From NCBI RefSeq assembly GCF_041956535.1, contig NW_027192205.1:665936-729935 (forward strand): a stretch of 64,000 nt of DNA, in the 5' to 3' direction. The stretch is from Calcarisporiella thermophila CBS 279.70 (taxonomy: Eukaryota > Fungi > Calcarisporiellomycota). Positions within the stretch are counted from its first letter, which is position 1, and every line of letters begins with the position of its first letter. Shown here one piece after another: positions 48,654-59,850 of the stretch. The notes below the pieces were generated by a model. The model saw nothing but the letters and a program-made list of their open reading frames with translations. It searched no databases and was not told where the DNA came from. A program made the position numbers and the translations under genes.

Positions 48654-49301
48654 ATGTGGTTTGCTTTTATCATTGCATTATCCTATCTCCCTCTTTTGAT
48701 CTATGCCGCCCTAGGAGTTGACGTTTCTTCATCGGTTTCGAAGGCTAACTGGCAATGCATTAAAAACGCTGGATATGATATTGCCGTTATTCGGGCGTAT
48801 CAATCGTTGGGTAAACCGGATCCTAATGCAGTGGCAACTATCAAGAATGCTCACGATGGGGGTATTGGAACTGTTGATGTGTACATGTTTCCTTGCCCGA
48901 AATGCGCGAAGAATGCTGTGGTTCAGGCATCTGAGTTGGTGGATAATTTGGATAAAGCCGGCGCCCGTTATCGTACTATTTGGATCGATGTTGAGGGAAC
49001 ACAATACTGGCATCCATCTCAAACTGATAACCGGGAATTTATTACCTCTGTAGCCAATACGCTAAAAGCCAGAGGCAAACGCGTTGGTGTTTATGCTTCT
49101 AAATCTCAATGGGATCCCATCGTTGGTAACTGGGACGGTATGAAATCTTATCCATTGTGGTATCCCCACTATGACAACGATAAATCATTCAATGATTTTA
49201 AGCCTTTCGGTGGCTGGACTAAACCATATATGAAGCAATTCAAAGGCACTACAACTCTTTGCTCATCGGGCGTTGATTTGAATTACTTGCCCAGTATTTA
49301 G
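48654..49301 (+). CDS. Secreted GH25 lysozyme/muramidase (Lys1/protist-type)
   Basis: Signal peptide; GVDVS, IRAYQSLG..D, DVYMFPC, IWIDVE (DxE), PLWYPHYD, FGGWTKP.MKQF; intronless. Confidence 0.92.
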   Translation: MWFAFIIALSYLPLLIYAALGVDVSSSVSKANWQCIKNAGYDIAVIRAYQSLGKPDPNAVATIKNAHDGGIGTVDVYMFPCPKCAKNAVVQASELVDNLDKAGARYRTIWIDVEGTQYWHPSQTDNREFITSVANTLKARGKRVGVYASKSQWDPIVGNWDGMKSYPLWYPHYDNDKSFNDFKPFGGWTKPYMKQFKGTTTLCSSGVDLNYLPSI

Positions 49302-49754
49302 AATTTTATTTATTTGCCTATTAAGATACTATTAATATTTATAAATAAACCAAGCTGAGCAGTTGTTTTAAAGGATGTCTAATACTAAACTTTATCGTGA
49401 ATATTATACATACGCTGATTAAAATATAAATATAATCATACACGAAGAGATAACTAAAGCAATACGATAAATTAACTAGCTGATTTTTATTAATAAATAA
49501 TGTGCACATGGAAAAATGAATGAAAAATCTATTGTCAAGGTTTTTGGAAGAAATTGAGTGATACTGGCATATTGGACTTTTTTTCAAGTATTTTCTCTCC
49601 GTATATATTTGATAATTATTAATGAAAGTGGTAGAAGTCTGAGTAACTTTTCATATATTACTTGCATTCAAAGTTCCCGACATTAACTAATTTTCTAATT
49701 TTGATACGCTACTAAATAGAATGGATGTACTAATTCAAGAATAGAAAAATATTT

Positions 49755-49982
49755 TCACTGTACAGCACCGTCAGGAATGCAAACATAATCAATGTTGGGA
49801 GACCAGGCGTTTCTTTCGCAGTGTTCACCATATCCACACAGCTCTCTTTGCAAGTTATTGTTCTTGCAGGTTAAAATAGCACTTCCATCAGAACTGCATC
49901 TTTTTTCACCGGGCTTGCAAACGGGACAAGCTTGAGCACAAGCTAGAAATATGCCAATCAGAGCGAACCTAATTAAAATCAT
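49755..49982 (-). CDS. Small secreted cysteine-rich protein (75 aa)
   Basis: Signal MILIRFALIGIFLACAQA; 7 Cys in the mature part with C.PG..RC...C...C...C spacing reminiscent of CBM19-like modules. Confidence 0.75.
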   Translation of the reverse strand: MILIRFALIGIFLACAQACPVCKPGEKRCSSDGSAILTCKNNNLQRELCGYGEHCERNAWSPNIDYVCIPDGAVQ

Positions 49983-50512
49983 TTCATCAATAAAGCTTAA
50001 TAAACTCTAGGTAGAATAAATTATGGAGATAAGAATGAGAGCTTCAGTTATTTAATCTTCTGAAAATTAGCTCTCGCTAATTATTTCTTTCAAAGCAAGG
50101 GTATATGGTTTTTGTTTGGCGTATAAAATTTTGGCGGAATATGCGATTATAAGTAATAGGTTCGATCTGTTATGATCCCAATGTGCCTGGTTTTGAATAA
50201 AACTATTATAAATAACGCATCTTCAACATCTTATTACCTTCAAGTGTATAAAATAGAAATGTGTTTTTTCAGATAAAAAATATCAACAAGAGGAAAAAAA
50301 AACGATATCAGATTGAATAATTGTTGGAATATGATATATATTGTTAACTTTTAAAATGAAAGGAGGAAGGGGGGGGGGGTAAATAAATAAAATAAAAAAT
50401 AAGCTGAAAATTACTTCTTCGAAAGTAGCCCATATATATTTCTATCAACTTGATATAGCATACTTACAAAAAGCAAAAATATATTAATCTACTCGTGTAA
50501 AAACATCAACAA

Positions 50513-51865
50513 TCACTTTAAAATGTATTTCGAAAACTCCTCGTCCTCTTCGAGCCTTTTTAAAGCTGTCGGGTTTAATGATATAAGAACATTCCACTCA
50601 CCCTCTGTCCAATGTGGAGGAGATGGCAAGATAATAAGTCTTCCTTCAATAGACCATGGTGGAAGCATTGCTCGCAGTGGTGAACCATAACCAAAATCAG
50701 CTTCATATACGGCAAATTTCGTCCAGCTACTATTCACTACTTCATTGCGTTGATTTATATTTATCGTCACCTTTGATTTATCTGGCTGCTTATCTATCCA
50801 TTCTAGGTTCTGACGCAAATATTCATTGTTGATTTGAATAAGTGAAGAGCGAATAGATTGGGCAACCAAACTCATTTGTTCTTCGTTAGATACTAATTCT
50901 GCTGGAAGTCTTGTAAGCTTACAAATAACCAATGACCCAAATGTATTAGCTGGCAGTGGGGGATCGAATTTGGCTCGGGTATCCACTGAAATTCCGCAGA
51001 TAACTTCTCGATCACCACCAATATTACGTGCTCGTGTAATTGCGCTCCAAGCATGGGCGACGAAAGCATCGTGGGTGGAAATACGCATCTCTTTGTCTTT
51101 GTTTTTACTCAAGACTGCATCTTTGAGTTTAGTCAATGCTTCTTTAGTAACTACAAAGCTCCGCACTTTGATATTCGGTGGGGGTGGGGGTGGTGCATTC
51201 CTATTGGAGGTCGCTATGAGTTTTGTATCAAGTGTTAAGTCTGGGGGATCGTCGAAAAACTTGAGATTTTCCTTGTTTGCAATACTACTGCGATCCCATG
51301 CCATTTTTTCAAACTCCGCGCCACGTGCGATGCGTCCCCAAGTGTTAACGAAATACGAAAGTGAGGAAAAATCGGCAATACTATGATGCATACTAATACC
51401 TAATGCTACAGATCCGCAAGGATAGCGAGTAAGGCGAGCAGCAAAGAGTATAGGCGAAGTTTTTTGTGCATAGGCAGACGTTGAAAACAGCTCTGTTTCT
51501 ACTTGATCCGGTTGGAAAACATCAGAGCCCGCGTCAGGAAAATTTGAAGTTGTTTGTGCAACAGAAAAATGTGCCCCCGGCATTGAGCCTCTTTCAAAAG
51601 AAACTTCCAAGCTCATGTCTTCAGCTTTGCGAAGACAGCCGCACACAATGGGAATAGCGTCGACAGTCAGTTTAAGTGATTCAAGTAAACAGGTATGAGG
51701 CATAAACGTTTCTTTTGAACTTAGTTCTGGCGGCTTCTTAAAATAATACACAACTCGAGTATATACTGGAGGCATCATATTCTCGAATCCAGAGAGCCGT
51801 AGAGGCTTGGCTGGTAGTATTGCATTGAGAGAAGGTTGGATGCAGAAGTTATCGAGAATATCCAT
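50513..51865 (-). CDS. CoA-dependent acyltransferase (BAHD/Tri101-like transferase family)
   Basis: HXXXD motif HSIAD and DFGYG motif; intronless, 450 aa. Confidence 0.92.
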   Translation of the reverse strand: MDILDNFCIQPSLNAILPAKPLRLSGFENMMPPVYTRVVYYFKKPPELSSKETFMPHTCLLESLKLTVDAIPIVCGCLRKAEDMSLEVSFERGSMPGAHFSVAQTTSNFPDAGSDVFQPDQVETELFSTSAYAQKTSPILFAARLTRYPCGSVALGISMHHSIADFSSLSYFVNTWGRIARGAEFEKMAWDRSSIANKENLKFFDDPPDLTLDTKLIATSNRNAPPPPPPNIKVRSFVVTKEALTKLKDAVLSKNKDKEMRISTHDAFVAHAWSAITRARNIGGDREVICGISVDTRAKFDPPLPANTFGSLVICKLTRLPAELVSNEEQMSLVAQSIRSSLIQINNEYLRQNLEWIDKQPDKSKVTININQRNEVVNSSWTKFAVYEADFGYGSPLRAMLPPWSIEGRLIILPSPPHWTEGEWNVLISLNPTALKRLEEDEEFSKYILK

Positions 51866-53212
51866 TTTCGCAGAAAATGCACAATGTGTTGTTGTGAAGC
51901 AATCTTCCTAAGAAAGTCTTCATATAATCAGACATGCGACGCTTCTCATTATTCTTTCTATTTATAACCTCTCTCCCCCCCCCCCCAAAGCTTGCCAACT
52001 TCATTCTCGCCACCGTTTGCCTTGCATGTGGGAAAAATAATCCAGATTCTTGCATAAGCATGGCGATCGTGATAATTAATAGTCTCCGCGATTTCGTTTC
52101 ATCCCCGTAAATCTACTAAGTAAAAAGTTAAATTTGCCACAAAAGAAGCCGGGGATTCCATCCCACTCTCTTGGCGGTCTCCTGTAGATTCCCTAACTAC
52201 CATTTTTTCGAAGCTTTATGTACATAATTTTCATACACAGGGGGTTGTATTTTTGGGAGAAATTCCTGGCATAGGATAGAGGTTCGGGAGCACCGGTTGG
52301 TAACCTCAAAGAAAATAGGTTCAATATGCTAACGAGCAAAACCTTTCTCCCTTTGAAGTTTCCTCCTTCTTTCAAACGCTGTTGCAAACTTTTCTAACCT
52401 ATTTTATAAAGTGCTAAGGGGTTTAAGAGCGGATAAAAACGCCGCTAGCACAACTAAGAATGTTATAGGGTTTCGAGCATGACTTATGGAGTGTATTATG
52501 GTAAGTGTCAGGTTATGCAATAATACAATTGTTAAATTGGATATCGAGGTAAATGTTAGGTTAAGTACTGGTATATTATTAGGGGAAGATTTAGGTTAGG
52601 TTAGAAAAAAAGAAAAACCTACTAGAGGAAGGGAAAGTTTTGATGGTGGTTTTTAGAAAGATAGTACAGGTGATTGTGTATCGATTGCACTAAAAATGAG
52701 AGCTCTAGGATGGATATTCGCAGAGTTATAAGCCCTCAAAGTTTTTGCTATAATACTAGAGATTTATATCTACAATGTAAATAGTGTAGTCATCATAAAT
52801 TTCATAATTCATATTTCTAAAACTGCGATTCTGTCTGATTTTTGTGGAAACTCTCTTAGGCTATTAACAATTCAACCCCCCAAAACCCCTTATGAACAAA
52901 ATGCTACTTCAACCTTAATTCACTAACCTACAATAGATGTCCCAACTATAAGATTTAGATGATAATATGATAAGATGCATTTGCTTCGATAATACATTTA
53001 TAATAATCAATAATTTGTGTATCTTCTTTATTTTAAGCATATGTATGTTGTCAAGTAGCAGCCAGGACACCAGAACGTGATATTAAGAGTGGCGGAGGTT
53101 TGTCTCCTGATTTATTTTATGGCTTGTGTTATAATGCCACATTGCCACATTATTTGCGAGGTTGAAAACAAAATGCGATATTAAATGAGTATACTCTCAC
53201 AACCCCATTAAG

Positions 53213-54499
53213 ATGGAATCTCAAAGAAATATTAGCCAGTATCATTCCAATGAAACAGCGCATAATGGAGAATCGCGAAGCCTCATTCCGAAAACTAATC
53301 GATTGAGCTCACTTTATTTTGTGCTGGCCTTTGGTGTAGTCAGCATGCTCTCTGACATTGTCTACGAGGGAGCACGTGCTATTACGGGTCCTTTTCTTGC
53401 GAAATTGGGGGCTAGTGGAGCGCTTGTTGGGATAATCACCGGTACAGGTGAAGCGGTAGCGCTTGTTCTACGTCTTTTCATAGGACGTTTATCGGATCGA
53501 ACTCGTAAGTATTGGACCCTCACCATTGCAGGATACGCAATCACAATTGTGTCTGTGCCGCTTCTCTCGGTGGCAAACACATTGTGGCAAGCCGTAATTC
53601 TTGTGATTGCCGAGCGATTTGGTAAAGCGGTACGTGCTCCTGCTCGGGACACAATGCTTGCTCATGCCGGAAGCCATCTTGGACTTGGGCGGGCATTTGC
53701 ATTTCACGAGGCTCTCGATGAATCGGGTGCACTCATTGGCCCATTGATTGTCGCAGGTATGATCGCTCTCTCCGGTTATAAATTGGCATTTGCAATTCTT
53801 GCTATACCAGGAATACTTGCGTTAATGATGCTGGCTTGGATTCGTAATGTGGTGCCTAATCCTTCTGCGTACGAGCATGAGCATGATACTCTTGAACATG
53901 ACCAACATCAACCATCTGACCCCCCATCATCGGCGACTTATTTTGTGTTCTCGAGTACATACTGGATCTATAGCTTGTTCACTGCGTTTTCCATGGCAGG
54001 TTTTGCCACATTTGGTCTTCTTTCTTTTCACTTAGAGACAAAAAGAGTTGTTGAACCTGTGCTAATTCCAGTGATATACTCCACGGTGATGGGAACCGCT
54101 GGTCTTTCTGCACTCTGTTCGGGTCGTCTCTATGACCGAATTGGAATGAGTGTGCTTGTGATTGCGCCATTACTTGGAATTGCAGCGCCGTTTTTATTTT
54201 TCGCTACTAACCCGACTCAAGCCTGGTTGGGCAATCTTTTATGGGGGGCCGCTACGGGTATTCACGGCTCAACCATGCGAGCTGCCGTCGCTGGCTTAGT
54301 CCCTTCTGTTTGTCGTGGCCAAGGATACGGTACTTTCACCGCGGTGTATGGGTTGGCGTGGCTAATGGGGGGATCCATCATTGGCATTCTATACGATCGT
54401 AATATCACCTGGGCGATTACATTCTCAGTGTCTCTCCAAGCTTTATCCTTTGTTGTACTTTCCTTTTTACTTGGCAGGCGTACAGACCATCGAACCTAA
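53213..54499 (+). CDS. MFS transporter, bacterial-type
   Basis: About 12 TM helices; GRLSDRTRK and GRLYDRIG motif A; ERFGKAVRAPARD; intronless. Confidence 0.92.
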   Translation: MESQRNISQYHSNETAHNGESRSLIPKTNRLSSLYFVLAFGVVSMLSDIVYEGARAITGPFLAKLGASGALVGIITGTGEAVALVLRLFIGRLSDRTRKYWTLTIAGYAITIVSVPLLSVANTLWQAVILVIAERFGKAVRAPARDTMLAHAGSHLGLGRAFAFHEALDESGALIGPLIVAGMIALSGYKLAFAILAIPGILALMMLAWIRNVVPNPSAYEHEHDTLEHDQHQPSDPPSSATYFVFSSTYWIYSLFTAFSMAGFATFGLLSFHLETKRVVEPVLIPVIYSTVMGTAGLSALCSGRLYDRIGMSVLVIAPLLGIAAPFLFFATNPTQAWLGNLLWGAATGIHGSTMRAAVAGLVPSVCRGQGYGTFTAVYGLAWLMGGSIIGILYDRNITWAITFSVSLQALSFVVLSFLLGRRTDHRT

Positions 54500-55743
54500 A
54501 ATCTACTCTAAGAGCATGCTAAAGCATAGAGAATGGAGCTTTGGCGCCTTATTTGTGATGGCTTCTTTATTTAAGTATTGAGTAGCCATGCAACTATCCC
54601 TTCTGCTCTACCATCACCCTCTACAAAATCACTTGAAAACCAATCCACTGCTTTTAATGAAAGTCAGACTTGTAGTTTCCAGTTCAGGGCGTGATAGAGG
54701 AGGAATATTTGCATTATGTAGATCTCCATGAAAATTCTCACTACACATCTAAATCCGAAGTTGATGATCTGGTGATGTTCTTTTAGTGTAACACTAGTGA
54801 TAGAAGCTTCACAGCCTACTTCTCTAATCTCATTTGCATATACGGATCTCAAACTTAGGTGAAAACTTTAGATTTTCACTTTAAATGCCGTCGATGAATT
54901 CAAAAACTCACATAAAAATTTAATTTTTTCTTTGGGAAAAAAGGTAATACTTATGAGCTAAATTGCAAATCTGAATACATTGAAAATTACATATGCAGAA
55001 ATGAAGTAAAGAAATACATTATATAGTATGTGATGCCTTTAATTTTTAATTGATGTGTTATAAAATAATAAACAATCCAGTCGAATTTCTATACTAATTG
55101 CATTTTCTAGAATGGCAGGTGATAACAGATTTGACTCGACAAATGAGCAGATAAGTAATCTCCCCAAAAACATAATAAGGAGTCGAATATCAATATATGG
55201 AATATTATTAAACGAAGAAATATTCTTCAAACACATGTATACGTGTAATTGCTAAAATAATACAAAAAATTACATATTAATTCTTACTTAAGCCTAGCGT
55301 ATGCGACGGCTTAAGGGAAATGGACAAGGCAAAGTCAGCAGTCTATTTTTTTTTATCTCCTTTAAAACTACTGTATATTTTGTAATTAAGTTTGAATTTG
55401 TGTGTTTACACTTATTAGTATCGACTACGGATATAATAAAAAAAACTCAAGGTTTGGACGTCACCTTAATGAATTTGAATTGCGTTTAGTTAAGGATCTT
55501 AAGGGCTTATTTCGAGCCACTATGCGCACCCGTATATAAAAGCAACTCCATTGATTTAGAATACAAATTTTGATAAAAAAATACCCAATAATGCGAGTTT
55601 GGATCGCATCAAACATATTAAACTCGAAAGATTCAACAAAATTTAAATATTCTCGTTTATTACTACGACAGTAGAACAAAGTTGTTCATTAAGTTGAGAA
55701 TATATTGAAAAATTCAATACGATATCCGCTCTTATAAATTAAA

Positions 55744-56007
55744 TTATTTTTTGCAGTATGAGTCTTTACCATCACCAACAATACAACCTTTTTTGCATAC
55801 TCCAAGATCCTTAGCAACTGCACCATAGCGGGAGCACTGGAAAATGTGGTCATTCAGATTGGTTCCACAACCCCCCTCGTAGGGAAGTTCAACTCCACAA
55901 TAGAGCCCTCGTCCTTGGCCCTTTTTACAATAACATTTGGCATCGGTGGAACCGATCAAGGCAAATACAGCGGAAGCAAGCGCAAAGGTATAAACAATAG
56001 CTTTCAT
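55744..56007 (-). CDS. Small secreted cationic cysteine-rich protein (87 aa)
   Basis: Signal MKAIVYTFALASAVFALIGSTDA; 8 Cys; Lys/Gly-rich; TATA (TATAAAAAGG on the minus strand) about 85 bp upstream. Confidence 0.8.
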   Translation of the reverse strand: MKAIVYTFALASAVFALIGSTDAKCYCKKGQGRGLYCGVELPYEGGCGTNLNDHIFQCSRYGAVAKDLGVCKKGCIVGDGKDSYCKK

Positions 56008-58119
56008 TTTAGATTGTCGATTGGTATGGTTATTAAGATATAGGATCGATATTCTTGGATTTACTGGTTATACCGGTAGAAAGTGGCCTTTTTATACCTT
56101 TGGTCTTTATTCAAAACTAGATTATACCTCGTTTAAAATAAAAAATAAGTTGGATGACTCAATACAAGAACCTAGACTTGAGTTTAGGGTAACATTTAAA
56201 CAATCAGTTTTCTATTCGGATTCATTTAAAGTGAAGTGACTTGTTACCATGATTCAGTAAAGAGATAAATTCGAACATACAAGTACCTTTTTGGTACATC
56301 CGTTGATATTAGAGTTGCCGTTGATGAACCTTCACTCATTTTTTGAATGCGAATCTGAAAACTATAATGGGTCATACCACTTTCCAAAGTGTATTTACAA
56401 GATGGCAAACCCACGCGCAAATATCCATGTTCTTTGGTGTGTTGATATAGTTACATAATGATTATATCAAAGGGTTGGCATTTACATTAGGTAATATTCT
56501 TTATCTCTCATTTAGTTTTTCAAAAGTAAATAACTAATTGAAAATCAAAGATTCGAAGCAAATAAGACTTTCATGCTCATCAAAACATAAACTATACTAT
56601 ACCATAAAAGTAAAAAAGTCTTATGGTCTCTGCATTTACTTCTCATGAAGTCAAATAAAGTATCCGAATATCATGTGTAGAGGTAACTCCCTACCTAATA
56701 AACTCTATTGTTTATACTTATATGCTAGTGACTAAGGTGTATATTTCTAATTAATAGCTTTTTGGGTATTTGAGTTTTAAAACGACTTGGTGTTAATAAA
56801 ATATTTTATAAAAAAGCACAATGGAGGGGCAATACTAATCAACTATGAATACCTGTGAGAGTAAGTAACTATATTTTACAATCCCAAAAAATATACATAC
56901 AATTAGAAAATACAATAGACAAGATCATATTTGGCGTGTCCATGGGACAATCCAAGAAATGTTTTGCCGAAGACTTGGGTGGAGATTTGAGAATAGTGGT
57001 GAGTCTAGTTACCCAATCTATATACGGTAATAAAAAGGACTGGTCACTTAACCCATCCCGCTCAAATGAACTTTATATTTCCTGTGAGTAATTATTTACC
57101 GATAATAAAATTCTCGACACTTGAGTCACTAATTGGAACTTTTATTCGTTAAGAGTATTTTTTTATTTATAATCTTTATATAATTTTCCGATTTTTGGAG
57201 TTTTGAGAGTCATGTACCCTTTACTATATTTATATTTTTTTCTTCTCGATATTTGCTCTACTATTGAGATGACCAGATTTGTCTTTACCCCAATAATATG
57301 TGTATTCAAGCAATTTATTCCCTTAGGACTATAGTTTCATTTAGGTAAATTTCAAAAAGCTTCAAAAAAAGAATAATATATTTCTGAAATAAACAATGAA
57401 GTGAAAGTGGAAATATGATAAGTAATATATTTGAGCTAAGCCATAGCTATCCTGAATTCAAGTAACATAAATGAATGACTGTTCTAAAAAATTTCTGTAA
57501 TTAGAAACTTTATACCGATCAAATCGGATTTGTGAATGGAAATAAAAATCAAATCAAATAATCCATGCAAATCACGATAGACTTAAGTCAAAAGTGAGCA
57601 AACTTGCTTCAATTTATTATAACCAATTACTATATATTATAATCTCAAAGAATAGGGCAAAATTCAAGGTTGAAGCATAGCAAGTTTTTAAGGAAATATG
57701 GCCTCTTGTAGTAGTTGTCTCTTTACAGCATTTAAATAATAATTCATTAAGAACCATTTTCCTAGATTCTTTATGAAAACTTCAGGTCATTTTTTAGGTC
57801 ACAAGATTGTAATATGATGTTGAGAATGAGCTGAGCATCTCAATAAAAAAACAGTCTAAATTTTGGGTCCGTGCCAAGGAGCATAATGGTCTTTTGTCAA
57901 TTTTTTACGGACTATTCTGCCGAGAATTCTTAGCAAGAAATCTAGAAATTTAAGTTGAAATTACTCGCAAGTGGCCAAATTACTCTATATGGTAACTCTT
58001 ACGAATATCCTTACGTCAAAACTACCTACTCTACTACGCCACTGATTGATTCGTATAAATATCGCCACTGTTTTTTCTATTCTCAGACAAACTGAATTAA
58101 GCGAAGTTAAAGGAAAACC

Positions 58120-59850
58120 ATGATAAAATACGTCGTTTTAGTTGTGTTTAGTCTCACCCTCTTACACACGGCCATAGCACGAAAATGCCTCTGCTTACCA
58201 AGTGATGACTGCTGGCCTAACCCTCAAGATTGGGCAAGCTTCAATGCATCCGTTGGAGGGCAACTTCTTATACCCACCCCGCCTGCACAGCCATGCCATT
58301 TGCCACACTATGACGAAGCTGCCTGCCATCAAGTGATGCAAAATTGGAACAATTCGTTCTGGCGAAGTGATCAAGTGGGTGCTATGCAGAATACTAACTG
58401 GGAAATGGATGGCGGTCAGGGGTGCCCTCTTGGAACGGATAAAAATGCGCCGTGTCTTCAAGGGTCGATACCAGCATATGCAGTCAACGTCAGCAGTATT
58501 TCTGATGTTCAGAAAACAATAAAATTTGCGACTGATCGAAAACTCCGCCTGGTGATCAAAAACTCAGGACATGATCATCTTGGCCGGAGTAGCGCACCGG
58601 GATCTCTTAGCCTTTGGACACATCATCTTAAAAACATCACGTTCCATGATAATTTCATGGCCGAAAATTGTGACTTGAGGGGAACGAGCCCTGCCGTTAC
58701 CGTGGGGGCTGGTGTTCATTGGGCGGAATTGTATCGGGAGGTCAAGAAACGAAACATCATAATTGTGGGTGGTTCGTCTGCCACCATTGGTGCCGCTGGT
58801 GGTTATGTTCAAGGGGGAGGACATAGCGCATTGTCACCTTTATATGGGTTGAGTGCTGATAACGTACTTGAGTTCAAAGTAGTTACTGCTGATGGTGAGC
58901 TGCGGACAGCCAATGCTTGCCAAAACAAAGATTTGTTTTGGGCCTTGCGGGGTGGTGGAGGCGGTACATTTGGAGTCGTTATATCCGCCACGCATAGGAC
59001 TTACAAGGAGCTTGATGGAGTTGTGGCGACATTTTACAGTATTGCCGCCAACAATTCTGATAGTAATCGGTTTATGGTGAAGGAGTTTATGAAGATACAC
59101 CCTTCTCTTTCGGATGCCGTGTTCTCTGGATATTTCTTCCTGTTCGACAAAAACCTGACTTTTGTTTATCTCTATCCAAGCGCCAATGAAACCCATGCTA
59201 ATATCACACTTGCTCCATTACTGACGTCTTTGCAGGGGCAGAAAGGATTAACTGTCATGGGGACTACACGTACTCTCCCTTCCTACATGAGTTGGCATCA
59301 ATTTATAAAATGTTCTGCTAATTCGCTCTGCACGGATCCTGTCGGTGATAATGCGATTATCGGATCAAGATTAATCCCAAGAGAGAACTTCGAAACGGAT
59401 CAAGGCTTGGATCAATTGACAGATGCCCTAATACAAGTCACGAAAGCTCCATTAACTGATCAGTGGATTCTTGGGATGTTTGTAGCGGGAGGGGCTGTTG
59501 CCCGTAACAACGGAAGCGAGACTTCAGTTAACCCGGCTTGGCGGAAGACGTTGGTTCATATGGAATTCACGACTACGTGGGCCAATAATGCGACTCAAGA
59601 GGAGATAAGTCGCCGTGCCGAAGCAGTAACACGCACTACTCAGCTACTCAAAGATATCACTCCTGGCTCTGGGGTTTATATCAATGAAGCGGACCCAAAT
59701 GACCCGGAGTGGCAACAGTCTTATTTTGGAGCAAATTATCCTCGTCTTAAAGCCATCAAAAGAACGATTGATCCACAAGGACTATTTAGGTGCCGAAAAT
59801 GCGTGGGAAGTGAAGATTGGACAGAGGATCTCAATTGCGAAAAGAGCTAA
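58120..59850 (+). CDS. Secreted FAD-linked oxidoreductase, berberine-bridge-enzyme/VAO family
   Basis: Signal peptide; CLPSDDCWP, KNSGHDHLGRS, GGYVQGGGH, DLFWALRGGGGGTFGVV, YINEAD...YFGANYPRL..IK...DP.GLF.C..CVGSE.W; intronless. Confidence 0.94.
   Translation: MIKYVVLVVFSLTLLHTAIARKCLCLPSDDCWPNPQDWASFNASVGGQLLIPTPPAQPCHLPHYDEAACHQVMQNWNNSFWRSDQVGAMQNTNWEMDGGQGCPLGTDKNAPCLQGSIPAYAVNVSSISDVQKTIKFATDRKLRLVIKNSGHDHLGRSSAPGSLSLWTHHLKNITFHDNFMAENCDLRGTSPAVTVGAGVHWAELYREVKKRNIIIVGGSSATIGAAGGYVQGGGHSALSPLYGLSADNVLEFKVVTADGELRTANACQNKDLFWALRGGGGGTFGVVISATHRTYKELDGVVATFYSIAANNSDSNRFMVKEFMKIHPSLSDAVFSGYFFLFDKNLTFVYLYPSANETHANITLAPLLTSLQGQKGLTVMGTTRTLPSYMSWHQFIKCSANSLCTDPVGDNAIIGSRLIPRENFETDQGLDQLTDALIQVTKAPLTDQWILGMFVAGGAVARNNGSETSVNPAWRKTLVHMEFTTTWANNATQEEISRRAEAVTRTTQLLKDITPGSGVYINEADPNDPEWQQSYFGANYPRLKAIKRTIDPQGLFRCRKCVGSEDWTEDLNCEKS

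Noticed and set aside
52550-52604. TTAGG-like repeats suggesting an interstitial telomere or MITE
   Set aside because: Only 2-3 imperfect units; no clear terminal inverted repeats with a TSD could be defined.
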